Shown here: in pieces, positions 55,564 to 64,000 of the stretch
Layout: each line of letters begins with the position of its first letter
Position numbering within the stretch: the first letter of the stretch is position 1
IMG/VR virus record: IMGVR_UViG_3300020470_003428
Coordinates: 1-64,000 of that record
Strand: one strand, 5' to 3'
Source of the DNA: a virus
Length of the DNA: 64,000 nt
Notes under the pieces: generated by a model
Told to the model about the DNA's origin: nothing
Seen by the model: the letters and a program-made list of their open reading frames with translations, nothing else
Databases searched by the model: none
Position numbers and translations under genes: made by a program

Positions 55564-55790
55564 GATTAGCTGGCGACCTATTTGATTTTGATCTGACCGA
55601 GGGTTTAACTGCAGGTAATATTGACAGCCTGAGGCGTGGCTTCAGGGCTGACAAGATGATACCTAGGTCTTTAACTCGTGGTTTCTATGATATTAAAGAT
55701 ATACAGAGGAATGAGATGGCTCCTGAGAATAGCGAGCCTGAATATACATTGACAGGTGCTTACCAGCCTGAAGTCACCTATGGGCTTTAA
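55560..55790 (+). CDS. hypothetical protein
   Basis: ATGA coupling. Confidence 0.5.
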   Translation: MRLAGDLFDFDLTEGLTAGNIDSLRRGFRADKMIPRSLTRGFYDIKDIQRNEMAPENSEPEYTLTGAYQPEVTYGL

Positions 55791-56392
55791 GTCTCGATCT
55801 TATCTCCGTAATAATTAACATTAATCACTGACCTATAAGGTTTATCGGTACAAGTAGCACCTCTATGTGGATATTTGTTGGAGAAGATAATAGCTCTATT
55901 AGCAACAGTATCTATCTTTTGTTCGAAGTTGTCTAAGTCTGGGTGTTGAACATTGGTCCATCCATTACATGTATTTAAATGGATGATGGCAACCATGCAA
56001 TTGTCTCCGTATGCCTCAGGTGGATTTTCGTCATGGTGGTAGGGAGCAGGTATATGCTTTCCTTTTGCACAGTTAAGGTTGACCTTAATTCTGACAGGCA
56101 CTCTGGATTTGAGGGCAAACAGCATAGGAATGAATCTATTGAAATGTTGAGATATATGAAATTCTGGTGAGACAGAGTAATGGTTAGCTACGAATTGAAG
56201 ATTAGCGTCAGGTGGTAAGTCTTTGAAATACTCTATATATCGTTTCTTCTCACTATCTGGCATATTAGGGTCTCCTATACCAGAAATAGTGCTTATCTCC
56301 CAAGGTTGATAGACTTCGCACCAATGGTTAAGTTCGTCGAAGTATTTCTTATCTAGGAAGTTATCAATGATTTGGACGTCTTCTAGTGCCAT
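55787..56392 (-). CDS. 2OG-Fe(II) oxygenase-like protein
   Basis: RIKVNL...YHHD...AIIHLNTCNG.T...ANR..IF....HRG...R.VINVNY. Confidence 0.8.
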   Translation of the reverse strand: MALEDVQIIDNFLDKKYFDELNHWCEVYQPWEISTISGIGDPNMPDSEKKRYIEYFKDLPPDANLQFVANHYSVSPEFHISQHFNRFIPMLFALKSRVPVRIKVNLNCAKGKHIPAPYHHDENPPEAYGDNCMVAIIHLNTCNGWTNVQHPDLDNFEQKIDTVANRAIIFSNKYPHRGATCTDKPYRSVINVNYYGDKIET

Positions 56393-56469
56393 TAGTAATT
56401 TTGATAGACATAGTTAACAATAAGGTAAACGCTGACAACAATAATTGCCAATAATAAGAGGTGAGTCAT
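56392..56469 (-). CDS. 25-aa hydrophobic peptide (not in track)
   Basis: MTHLLLLAIIVVSVYLIVNYVYQNY; TAATG-coupled; preceded by a degenerate motif copy. Confidence 0.5.
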   Translation of the reverse strand: MTHLLLLAIIVVSVYLIVNYVYQNY

Positions 56470-56527
56470 GGGTGCTGATGTAAGAGAGAAAAAAAGCCCT
56501 AACAGTTAGAGCTATTAGGGCAATATA

Positions 56528-56899
56528 TTAGTCCTTGTTTGGGTAGAAGTTGGGGTACTTCTTCTTGCTTATAACGTGATTGTTTATATTACGAGGCACA
56601 CCTCGCTTATCACGGTAGACGCAAATTTCACCATCGTAAAACTCAGCTAGAAATTGAGCTAGTTCTAGTGGTACGTTCCTCATTGCAAAGAGGAGTTTAA
56701 CTATAAGAGGGATAATTGGTCGAGAGGCTGCATTAATAAAACGAGCAAGAAGGTCAAGGATGTTCTTTGCCTTCCGATAGGTTTTCATTGCGAATTCGGA
56801 AAGTCTTGCCATAAGATTAACGCGGTTTGACTCATTTAGCTCTTCATAGTCAATGTCAAGGACTTCTCCAGGGACTTCGGTAGTCAGGATGGAGTTCAT
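56528..56899 (-). CDS. cassette hypothetical protein
   Basis: ATG 4 nt after motif. Confidence 0.6.
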   Translation of the reverse strand: MNSILTTEVPGEVLDIDYEELNESNRVNLMARLSEFAMKTYRKAKNILDLLARFINAASRPIIPLIVKLLFAMRNVPLELAQFLAEFYDGEICVYRDKRGVPRNINNHVISKKKYPNFYPNKD

Positions 56900-56954
56900 A
56901 AAAGTACTGATGAAAAGGTACAAAAAAGCCCCACCTCAAGGGCAGGGCTGGGGT

Positions 56955-57137
56955 TTAAATGTGAGATTCATCAAGAGTGTCGTCAAAGAGCAGTTGGTCG
57001 GCTGCATAGCCTTCAACATCCGGAATCTCGTCAGGTTCATAAATGTTCTCTCCGACAGGGATGCCATCGGAGTTCTTTATGATCTTGTGAGGGTTGGCCT
57101 TCATAGGAAAGCCTTCGAAGCCACGTCGGTCACTCAT
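56955..57137 (-). CDS. small acidic protein
   Basis: TAATG-coupled second gene of a cassette. Confidence 0.5.
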   Translation of the reverse strand: MSDRRGFEGFPMKANPHKIIKNSDGIPVGENIYEPDEIPDVEGYAADQLLFDDTLDESHI

Positions 57138-57436
57138 TAGTTATCCTCGTTGAGGTCTGAGTATTCTGACATAGCCTTCTCTTGTTTGGACTCGAGTTCA
57201 GCCTGACGCTTGGCATAATCAACAAGTTGCATCTTGCTTTGATCGTGAGACCATTTCAAGATGTCATATCTATGGTTGATCTTTTCAAGTAGAGTCTTGT
57301 GAATTCTCTCTAGGCCGGGCTTATTGAAGAGGTGCATAGCATCAAGAAGAGCTAGTGCCTCCTTAACAGTGATCCATCCTAGATCGATATCAAGATCTTC
57401 TACTTTGGGTTCAGGTTGATCGTACTTAGATAGCAT
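57137..57436 (-). CDS. cassette hypothetical protein
   Basis: ATG 3 nt after motif. Confidence 0.6.
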   Translation of the reverse strand: MLSKYDQPEPKVEDLDIDLGWITVKEALALLDAMHLFNKPGLERIHKTLLEKINHRYDILKWSHDQSKMQLVDYAKRQAELESKQEKAMSEYSDLNEDN

Positions 57437-57502
57437 GTCGTACTGATGAAAAGGTACAAAAAAGCCCCATCCAGCATGTGAAAGCTAGACAGGGCTGTTG
57501 GG

Positions 57503-58087
57503 TTAGAAGTCAGCGATAGCAGTATTCTCTTTAGGAGCGCTAGTCAAGACATCGAAGGCAAAAACCTTCTTGCTTGGGTTGTAGCGCAGAGTCTTCTCTT
57601 TCTGACCAGTAGGTTGACCATTGTCATCCAAGATGTCTCTTAGTTCAATGTCTTCCTTCTTTGAGTACCATTCCCAGTAGAGTCTTACAACTGCATATTC
57701 AGTCGTGTCAACCAATTCCATGATTTGGTCTCCTACTGGGTTTGGCTCTGCCTCTGTGCCATTGTTCCAGAAGTCAAACCAGGTTTCCCTGACTTTAACT
57801 TTCTGGTACTTGCCGTCACCCATGAAGATGTCGACTGACTCTCTTACAGGAGCAACAAAGAGGTTAGGAGAGATAACTGTGCCATCTTTCCTAGTACCAG
57901 GTTTTGCATAATTGATCAGACCAACCGTAGTAAAGTCTGCCCTCTGCTTACGGATCTCTAGCTTAGAAAGGGTTGGAGACTGAGCAGCTAATAGCTCCTC
58001 ATATTTATCAGCAACCTCATTCTTTGTGCCAGATGCAATCCTTTGCTTAGGAGTCATTTCTGCAAAAGTGGTAGAAGCGTTAGCCAT
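57503..58087 (-). CDS. cassette hypothetical protein (beta-rich, possibly OB-fold)
   Basis: ATG 58087 (MANAST) 17 nt after motif. Confidence 0.6.
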   Translation of the reverse strand: MANASTTFAEMTPKQRIASGTKNEVADKYEELLAAQSPTLSKLEIRKQRADFTTVGLINYAKPGTRKDGTVISPNLFVAPVRESVDIFMGDGKYQKVKVRETWFDFWNNGTEAEPNPVGDQIMELVDTTEYAVVRLYWEWYSKKEDIELRDILDDNGQPTGQKEKTLRYNPSKKVFAFDVLTSAPKENTAIADF

Positions 58088-58163
58088 AGTACGCAGCACT
58101 AAAAGTACTGATGAAAAGGTACAAAAAAGCCCCCACTCAGAGAAGTTGAGCAGGGGCGTTGGG

Positions 58164-58340
58164 TTAGTCAGTCCAAAAATCGAAGCTACTATCCCAGCCT
58201 TCAGCTGAAATATGTCTATAGGCATCGATACGAGCGTGGGCTCTTTGGGCTGACCCGTCTTCTAAGAATGAAAGCAACGCTGCACGTATAGAATCTTGTG
58301 CGGTGGCAGGCCGACCTTCATATAAAAAACTAGAAGCCAT
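58164..58340 (-). CDS. cassette protein (58 aa, not in track)
   Basis: MASSFLYEGRPAT...WDSSFDFWTD; fills the space between two elements. Confidence 0.6.
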   Translation of the reverse strand: MASSFLYEGRPATAQDSIRAALLSFLEDGSAQRAHARIDAYRHISAEGWDSSFDFWTD

Positions 58341-58422
58341 GGTGGTGAGCAGTACCTAAAACGTACTGATGAAAATGGACAAAAAACCCCCACTCATACA
58401 AAAAATGAGCAGGGGTGTGGGG

Positions 58423-58575
58423 CTAGGCATCATATTCCTCTACGACCTTCTTGATATGTTCAAATTCTCTTTCGATGATCTCTAACTCTGCAGGAGTGAA
58501 TAGAGAATGCATCTCTTCTTTGAACTGAAGGTTGGACTTAGCAATTTCCAAGGAATTAGGCTGACCGTTAAACAT
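58423..58575 (-). CDS. cassette protein (50 aa, not in track)
   Basis: MFNGQPNSLEIAK...KVVEEYDA; fills the space between two elements. Confidence 0.6.
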   Translation of the reverse strand: MFNGQPNSLEIAKSNLQFKEEMHSLFTPAELEIIEREFEHIKKVVEEYDA

Positions 58576-58638
58576 AACGTACTGATGAAAGGGAACGAAA
58601 AACCCCCACTCAGAGAGAAACTGAGCAGGGGTGTTGGG

Positions 58639-58899
58639 TTAGAAAGGGAGATCGTCGTACTGACTTGAGTCTCCTACCTTCGCAGGTAAGGACTCATTCT
58701 CGATTCTTATCAGATTGTCAATAACTGTGTCTTTGATCCTGATCAACTGTTTCTGCGTTAGAACTTGGCTGTGGCCATGCTCAAGCAAATCCATGATCGT
58801 CTCAAAGCGAGACAGGCCGACCTCAGTCCTAGAAGGAGGCTGGGGAGTGGCTTTGAAATCTGCGTAAGGAGAGGAGATTTGTGGCGCTTGTGTCGTCAT
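58639..58899 (-). CDS. cassette protein ending in DDLPF (SSB-tail-like)
   Basis: ATG 58899, 7 nt after motif. Confidence 0.6.
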   Translation of the reverse strand: MTTQAPQISSPYADFKATPQPPSRTEVGLSRFETIMDLLEHGHSQVLTQKQLIRIKDTVIDNLIRIENESLPAKVGDSSQYDDLPF

Positions 58900-58961
58900 C
58901 GTAAAAGTACTGATGAAAAGGGACAAAAATACCCCCACTCAAGCAGAGCAGGGGCAAAACT

Positions 58962-59339
58962 TTAATGCCAAACTAAGCCTTCTTTACATATTTCTAGAAT
59001 CTCAAGGGATCTATCATATGTCAGATCGGCGTTGGCAGAGAGGAGGAGCCTGAGACAGAGCTCGGGATCTTTGGTGGATCCGATGGACTCATCCTCAGGA
59101 ATGAGACTGAGATCAAACTTACCCCATCCGTAAGACAGGAAGTCACGATATTTAGCAATAGGACCACCCTCGACAGCGACATGAAATGCTAAATCAACTT
59201 CGTCGATCTCCATTTTCTCGTAAGCGCAGTCCAAGGCATTCATAAGGATCTGGTAGTAATCGGCAATCCCAGAACGGACGCCGGCTAACTTCTCAAGATC
59301 ACTATCTGAACACTTAGCAGGATAAAGACGCGTACCCAT
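58962..59339 (-). CDS. cassette hypothetical protein
   Basis: MGTRLYP...YGWGKF; ATG 3 nt after motif. Confidence 0.65.
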   Translation of the reverse strand: MGTRLYPAKCSDSDLEKLAGVRSGIADYYQILMNALDCAYEKMEIDEVDLAFHVAVEGGPIAKYRDFLSYGWGKFDLSLIPEDESIGSTKDPELCLRLLLSANADLTYDRSLEILEICKEGLVWH

Positions 59340-59408
59340 AATGTACCGATGAAAAGGAACAAAAAAACCCCACCTAGCGGCGGGGTAGCGCGCAGTAGTA
59401 CGGAACTA

Positions 59409-59564
59409 CTACATGAATACAGGAGCTAAAGGATTGAAGAATCTAGTGACAGACTGACCAACCCAGTACCAACGGATGACAGTGCCTAGGGCTATGCAGA
59501 TGGCGAGATACCAGCCGGTATGCTCCATTGCAAAGTCAACAACGTCATGGAATAAGCGATTCAT
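59409..59564 (-). CDS. cassette small membrane protein
   Basis: ATG 59564, one TM helix. Confidence 0.55.
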   Translation of the reverse strand: MNRLFHDVVDFAMEHTGWYLAICIALGTVIRWYWVGQSVTRFFNPLAPVFM

Positions 59565-59629
59565 GGAATGTACTGATGAAAGGGTACAAAAAACCCCCAC
59601 TTCATAGAAACGAAGCAGGGGATTTAAGG

Positions 59630-59833
59630 TTATGACCACTGTCTAACGACTTGTGGATTACCTTGACCGAAGGCTGTCCTCCACTGCTGAAGCTGGTGGA
59701 AAGCATCCTTTGGGCCAAGATCAGGGACTAACTTGCCTAACCGTCTGCACTTAGCACTCATGATCACACCATGCCTGGAGATGATGGCGAGCTTATTACC
59801 TTGTGCAAAATCGTAGCGAGTTTCAGTAAACAT
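59630..59833 (-). CDS. first cassette protein
   Basis: ATG 6 nt after motif. Confidence 0.55.
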   Translation of the reverse strand: MFTETRYDFAQGNKLAIISRHGVIMSAKCRRLGKLVPDLGPKDAFHQLQQWRTAFGQGNPQVVRQWS

Positions 59834-59860
59834 GAAAATGTACCGATGAAAAGTGACACT

Positions 59861-60610
59861 AACATCGGATTAACATAGTTTTGACATACGTCTACGCTTG
59901 GTAGCCATCAAAGGAACAATAGCTACAAGCGAATGTTATGTGAGAAGAATTGCGTAGCAATTCGAACACAAACATGAGCGACAATAAGGATAGCGAATAG
60001 CGAATATTACTGTGATGAATCACGAAGTGATTTACACATAATATGAGCGTAATGAGCGTTCAAAGGTTCCCCAGTGATGCGTAAACGCAGCAGCTATGTA
60101 GGGTTGTCAAGGGATTTGGCGCACTCGCAAGCGCAAGAGGGAGGCGTGGGATAAACGCGCTATGCATGCGCATATACGCTGGATAACTGTTGCTAACGCA
60201 GAAGACAAAGGGGAACAGGTGAACGCACAAGAGTTGACAAAGGAACGCGTCCCTCAAGCGAGCGATTGATGCGCTAATTAGGAACTAATTACGCACAATT
60301 GCGAGCGCTAATTAACACACACTTAACAGAAACGTTGCGTCGCTTAACATCAGAGCAACATCGGTGCGCTAGAATCGCCCCTTATTTTTTTGTTTACGCG
60401 GTATCGCAACTTGCAGTGGGTGTTTGATGTATAGCGCGGAGAGCAAAAAATTAGCAATTTCTCCCGCGAGGCTATATAGGGAATAACATCGCTTCATAGT
60501 GAAAATTCGCGACGTCAAATTCTGTGAAATTTTTTGTTCCCTATTTCCCGCGAGGCGCTTACCGGCGAAACCCTAGTAATCAGAGCCGATAGACTTGTAA
60601 TACGTGGAAT
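59861..60610. other. non-coding divergent control/terminus region
   Basis: GNA-triloop hairpins, AGCG repeats, CG-rich direct repeats; transcription diverges here. Confidence 0.55.
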
Positions 60611-63550
60611 GTGTATCTGAGTCGAATGAACGCTTGGGAACGGTTAATTAATCTGGATCAAAGCAAGATGCAAGATCCAAAAAATACTTATTTCGGTCAA
60701 AAATATCCCGGGACGACGAACGAAAAAAAGAAAACTATTTTTAATGCCTTGCAAAACGCGGCAGGCTCTTTACCTCAATCGTTATTTCCGCCGATAACCA
60801 TAAATAAACCTGTTGATAATTACCAAATTCCAACTGTTTCTAATACTCAATACTCTCCTGCTAAAAAAATAGCTGCAATCGCCACGAGTCCCGGCGAAAT
60901 GAGGCCTACTGCAAAAGTTGCTTTACCTGTAGGCAAGATTGTTGTCCCAGAAATGCAGCGAATTACGCAAAAGAACGCTACAAACCTGAAAGCAACAGGA
61001 CGTCTTCGCTTAACGACGCCTGCTAAAGGTGATTCTTGGGATTTATCTGGTTTTGATACGTTAAATAAGCAATATGGCAAACGAAATTACGCTGTTACTC
61101 CTATTGGACTAGCTCAGCAACAACAAACTACTAAATGGCCGGCACCACTTTCTAGTAGAAGGGGCGACAGGACAGTACCAGGAGTAAATCTTGCAATTAA
61201 TAAACAAAAAACATTACAAAACAGCGAGCAAAAAGGCAACGAATTAGGAACAACAGAGAGTAGATTCGGTCGCAAAGTTGTACCGCAGTTTGAAAACTAT
61301 GAATATAAAGGTGCTGTTACTGATTCCAGGAAAAAACCTCAAACTTCTTGGTTTAAAAGGAGCAAAGATGATGCCACACCTGGTCGTTGGGACGGCAATC
61401 AGTATATAAAAGCTGTTGAAGATACTGTAGAGCGTAAGGTCTTAACTTCTCCTGCCGGTTCTATCAGCAGTCGGCGAAGTAGAAGTGGTATGCCTGCTCA
61501 AGGACCAACATCATTAAATCCAGAAGCGAGAAAAATTCTAGAAGAATATAGAACTGGAATGCAATATGAAACAGATGTCAGACCAGAAACCAAGGAACAA
61601 TTAAGAGGTGGAGTAAAAGCCGTTAATCCTGCAACTGGAGGAGATTGGACTCAAAACCCAGTTAAAGGCAGAAGAATTCCATATCCATTCGAAAATAACC
61701 CTAATTACGGCAAAGAGGTTGGCGGAACTAACTATGAAGTTGGTGTTGACATGCTTTATAAGACCGGTGATCAAACATATGATGTTCGTCGTGTATACGG
61801 TACGGATGCTGCAGGAGTAAGAACCAAAGATCCTGACGCTCGCTTCTTCAACGAGCAACAAGAGGATAAGCGATTGGGAACAGCCGCAACAGAAGCAATG
61901 GATGCGACTAAAACGCCTCTTATTAGCGGTAAGACTCTTGGGGAGATGAAAGAACAAGGCTTAGCAAGATTGGCAACTCCGGCTGACATGACAGCTACAG
62001 GTCCTAGTGGAAGACTGAAATACGAAAATAAGAGAGGTAAATTGAATATCGGTGGGGTAAGAACTGACTTAAAAGGATTCCTAAGAGGCGCAAAAGATCC
62101 CGATACAGGTAATTATTCTAAAATCCCTGTTTATCTATATCGCGGGGAAAACGAGAAAGATCCTGCAAAAAGACTATATAGACAAGGAGTACCTACTAAT
62201 AGAGATCTAGACGAAATGAGGAGGATATTGGCTGATCCTCGTAGAGAAACTAGCGTCAATCAATTAATAACAAATGCGTCAAGAGAAAGAGGTAAACCAG
62301 TGGAAAGAGGGTTTACTCCTTTCTTGAACAGAGAAGATGTGTATGACAAGGTCGGAGGAATTAGAAAGGGTTATGAAAATCCTATAAAATTCCCTCTTCC
62401 TCCTAAAGGACCACAAAATCCATACGGTGTAACAGAAGCTCAGTTAACGAGAGATTACAGCGAAGCTATAAGGATTCTTCAGACACAACATAGAGCAGAC
62501 AATAAATTCCCGATGACTAGCCAACATTCTTTGGCTGAAAGTTATAGACGTGTTCTTGCAAGTGCTGCAGCAAGTGGCGCAATGGTTGGTGCTCCTAGTC
62601 AGGCGGTTTCAGATTACATGAGATCTTCTAACCTCCAAAGAGTTGTAGAAGCCGGAGGCCGACAGTTAAGACATGCAATGATCCAAGCGAAAGCTCAAGG
62701 TCGGGTATTTAATACAGAGCAATTAATAGCAGCGTCCAACGCTATTGGATCAAGGATAGGAGTGAGTGGTAACGCTATTATCAACGCTGCGACTGCAAAT
62801 GTTGCTATGGGTCCGAACAGAGAAGTCAATCTGTTCCAAGAGCCTTATGGTTACGATCCACTTTTACCGAAGAATCAGCAAGGGCCAACTCCATTCACTA
62901 ATAAGAAACAATTAAGAGACAGAGAAGCTTTAGCGGCCTTACTTTCTCGCGATCAAAATTTATTAGATGATGAAGAAATAGCGTTAAGAGATTCTATTGT
63001 TAGCAAGGTAAGAAATAAGCCTTTAGATGAATCTGAAATTTATGCATTAAGTTACGAAGACAGAGGAACCAGTGAAGATGGGGTAAAAGGGTACAGAGTG
63101 ATAGACGATGATGAATACAGGAAAGCAATCGCTGCAAGTCCTGACCTATATCTAGATGTTGATAATATTGCGAGACGTGCTCCTCAAGCGCCTGTTACTC
63201 AGGATAATTTCCTTAGAACTTCCGTTGGTGGTCCAACAGTCTTGACTACTGGTGACGTCCCTGCTCAAGCCGCCGCACTACGAGCTCGGTACAACGCTGA
63301 TCCTCGCGTAGCTCTTGGACAAGAAGCTCATAATGATTCCCGGGTCTTGCAAGCTGGTGTAGATGGTGCTTCACTAAATGCACCTGCTAAACAAACAGCC
63401 CCTGTTCCTTACATGGATTACAGAAACGTCGCTGCTGCTTTAGGTGCTGGCAACGAAGGAAATATATCTGATGAAGCTTTCCTAAGACAGCGGAGAGCCG
63501 AAGCTATTATCGCCCAAAGAATTGCTGCCAGAAATAGAATGAGAGTATGA
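60611..63550 (+). CDS. large basic hypothetical protein
   Basis: 979-aa ORF, almost Cys-free, no recognised domain. Confidence 0.7.
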   Translation: MYLSRMNAWERLINLDQSKMQDPKNTYFGQKYPGTTNEKKKTIFNALQNAAGSLPQSLFPPITINKPVDNYQIPTVSNTQYSPAKKIAAIATSPGEMRPTAKVALPVGKIVVPEMQRITQKNATNLKATGRLRLTTPAKGDSWDLSGFDTLNKQYGKRNYAVTPIGLAQQQQTTKWPAPLSSRRGDRTVPGVNLAINKQKTLQNSEQKGNELGTTESRFGRKVVPQFENYEYKGAVTDSRKKPQTSWFKRSKDDATPGRWDGNQYIKAVEDTVERKVLTSPAGSISSRRSRSGMPAQGPTSLNPEARKILEEYRTGMQYETDVRPETKEQLRGGVKAVNPATGGDWTQNPVKGRRIPYPFENNPNYGKEVGGTNYEVGVDMLYKTGDQTYDVRRVYGTDAAGVRTKDPDARFFNEQQEDKRLGTAATEAMDATKTPLISGKTLGEMKEQGLARLATPADMTATGPSGRLKYENKRGKLNIGGVRTDLKGFLRGAKDPDTGNYSKIPVYLYRGENEKDPAKRLYRQGVPTNRDLDEMRRILADPRRETSVNQLITNASRERGKPVERGFTPFLNREDVYDKVGGIRKGYENPIKFPLPPKGPQNPYGVTEAQLTRDYSEAIRILQTQHRADNKFPMTSQHSLAESYRRVLASAAASGAMVGAPSQAVSDYMRSSNLQRVVEAGGRQLRHAMIQAKAQGRVFNTEQLIAASNAIGSRIGVSGNAIINAATANVAMGPNREVNLFQEPYGYDPLLPKNQQGPTPFTNKKQLRDREALAALLSRDQNLLDDEEIALRDSIVSKVRNKPLDESEIYALSYEDRGTSEDGVKGYRVIDDDEYRKAIAASPDLYLDVDNIARRAPQAPVTQDNFLRTSVGGPTVLTTGDVPAQAAALRARYNADPRVALGQEAHNDSRVLQAGVDGASLNAPAKQTAPVPYMDYRNVAAALGAGNEGNISDEAFLRQRRAEAIIAQRIAARNRMRV

Positions 63551-63762
63551 AAGAGTATTTAGTTGCCATCACTCCTGAAGACATGAGGAGGCATACTGAA
63601 CAAGGTTATGCACTGTTGGGAGCTATTACAAATGAAAAGGGTTTTGACCCAGTTGCTGTAGTAATGTTATCGACATTGATCTTTAATACTCATACATGGA
63701 TCTTCCACGCATTTGTACTGAAGAACGGAACCGTGCATGGTATAGAATTAAGAGATGAATAA
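63547..63762 (+). CDS. hypothetical protein
   Basis: ATGA coupling. Confidence 0.45.
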   Translation: MKEYLVAITPEDMRRHTEQGYALLGAITNEKGFDPVAVVMLSTLIFNTHTWIFHAFVLKNGTVHGIELRDE

Positions 63763-64000
63763 ATCTTGCGACACCAAAAAAGGTAGTTGTGGTTGCGACA
63801 AATGCAATCATGAGGAAGCCAAAGAAAGGGCTATGACTTACCGAAGAAATAAATCTTAAGTTTCTAGAATAGTTAATATAGATAATGAAAGGTATCCAGT
63901 AAGACGTGGCTTTTAAGTTAAACAGAGATCCTGGATTTACGAGAGATGCTCTCAATGATATTGTTGGTGCTGAGGGTCGTGGAACTTTAGCTGGGTTAGA

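Larger units (their letters stand above)
56472..59860 (-). repeat. dense array of 10 dispersed cassette elements
   Basis: + strand GTAC(T/C)GATGAAA cores at 56472 (degenerate), 56904, 57440, 58105, 58363, 58579, 58907, 59343, 59570, 59840; all but the last followed on + by an A-run and a C-rich...G-rich hairpin. Confidence 0.9.

Noticed and set aside
56904-56921. NtcA site in the cassette motif
   Set aside because: Spacing is GTA-N12-TAC rather than N8, and the distal half is not conserved
57503-58225. Upstream starts given in the ORF track (58225, 47786, 56923, 58938, 59639, 50637)
   Set aside because: They translate through the terminator/motif element; the ATG just after the motif is the more plausible start
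57480-58645. Integron attC sites (stop codon in TAAC followed by a hairpin)
   Set aside because: Matching GTTRRRY end is absent and there is no integrase in the window
56900-59860. CTGATGA on + strand as hammerhead ribozyme core or C/D box (TIGR-like array)
   Set aside because: No stem II-GAAA-stem III arrangement; two copies read CCGATGA; units are gene-sized and oriented with minus-strand ORFs; no Nop-domain gene seen
56900-59860. CRISPR array
   Set aside because: Spacing is irregular (~200-700 nt), intervening DNA is whole ORFs, repeats are degenerate, and there is no cas operon
60060-60257. 65-aa minus ORF in the control region
   Set aside because: Atypical composition, no RBS or cassette motif, lies in repeat-rich non-coding DNA

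Overview
AT-rich (roughly 40% GC, by eye), gene-dense 64-kb segment of a tailed dsDNA phage. Host-derived genes (hli, psbN-like, DUF3288, DUF4278, Dps-like, NblA-like, 8 2OG-Fe(II) oxygenases, flavin halogenase-like) indicate a marine picocyanobacterial host (Prochlorococcus/Synechococcus); no T4- or T7-type core genes were recognised. Layout: 1-~13 kb rightward virion/tail module; ~13-25 kb rightward accessory genes; ~25-60 kb mostly leftward nucleotide-metabolism, replication/recombination and small early-type genes; a ~0.75-kb structured non-coding divergence region at ~59.85-60.6 kb; then a 979-aa orphan. The most unusual signal is a repeat-delimited gene-cassette array: 12 clear and 1 degenerate copy of a minus-strand element, [hairpin + U-tract] followed by CTTTTCATC(A/G)GTAC, each 2-24 nt upstream of the ATG of an unrelated small gene (47.7-59.85 kb). 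Other highlights: an unannotated NtcA box + glutamine-II-like riboswitch + two DUF4278-like peptides (43.0-43.35 kb); a C5 methyltransferase apparently encoded in two overlapping frames; a ~235-nt structured ncRNA candidate; an NblA-like gene overlapping an HNH gene; four DUF4214-like paralogues; and intact but catalytically degenerate ThyX-, Dam- and HNH-like genes. All family assignments are from motif recognition by eye, not database searches.
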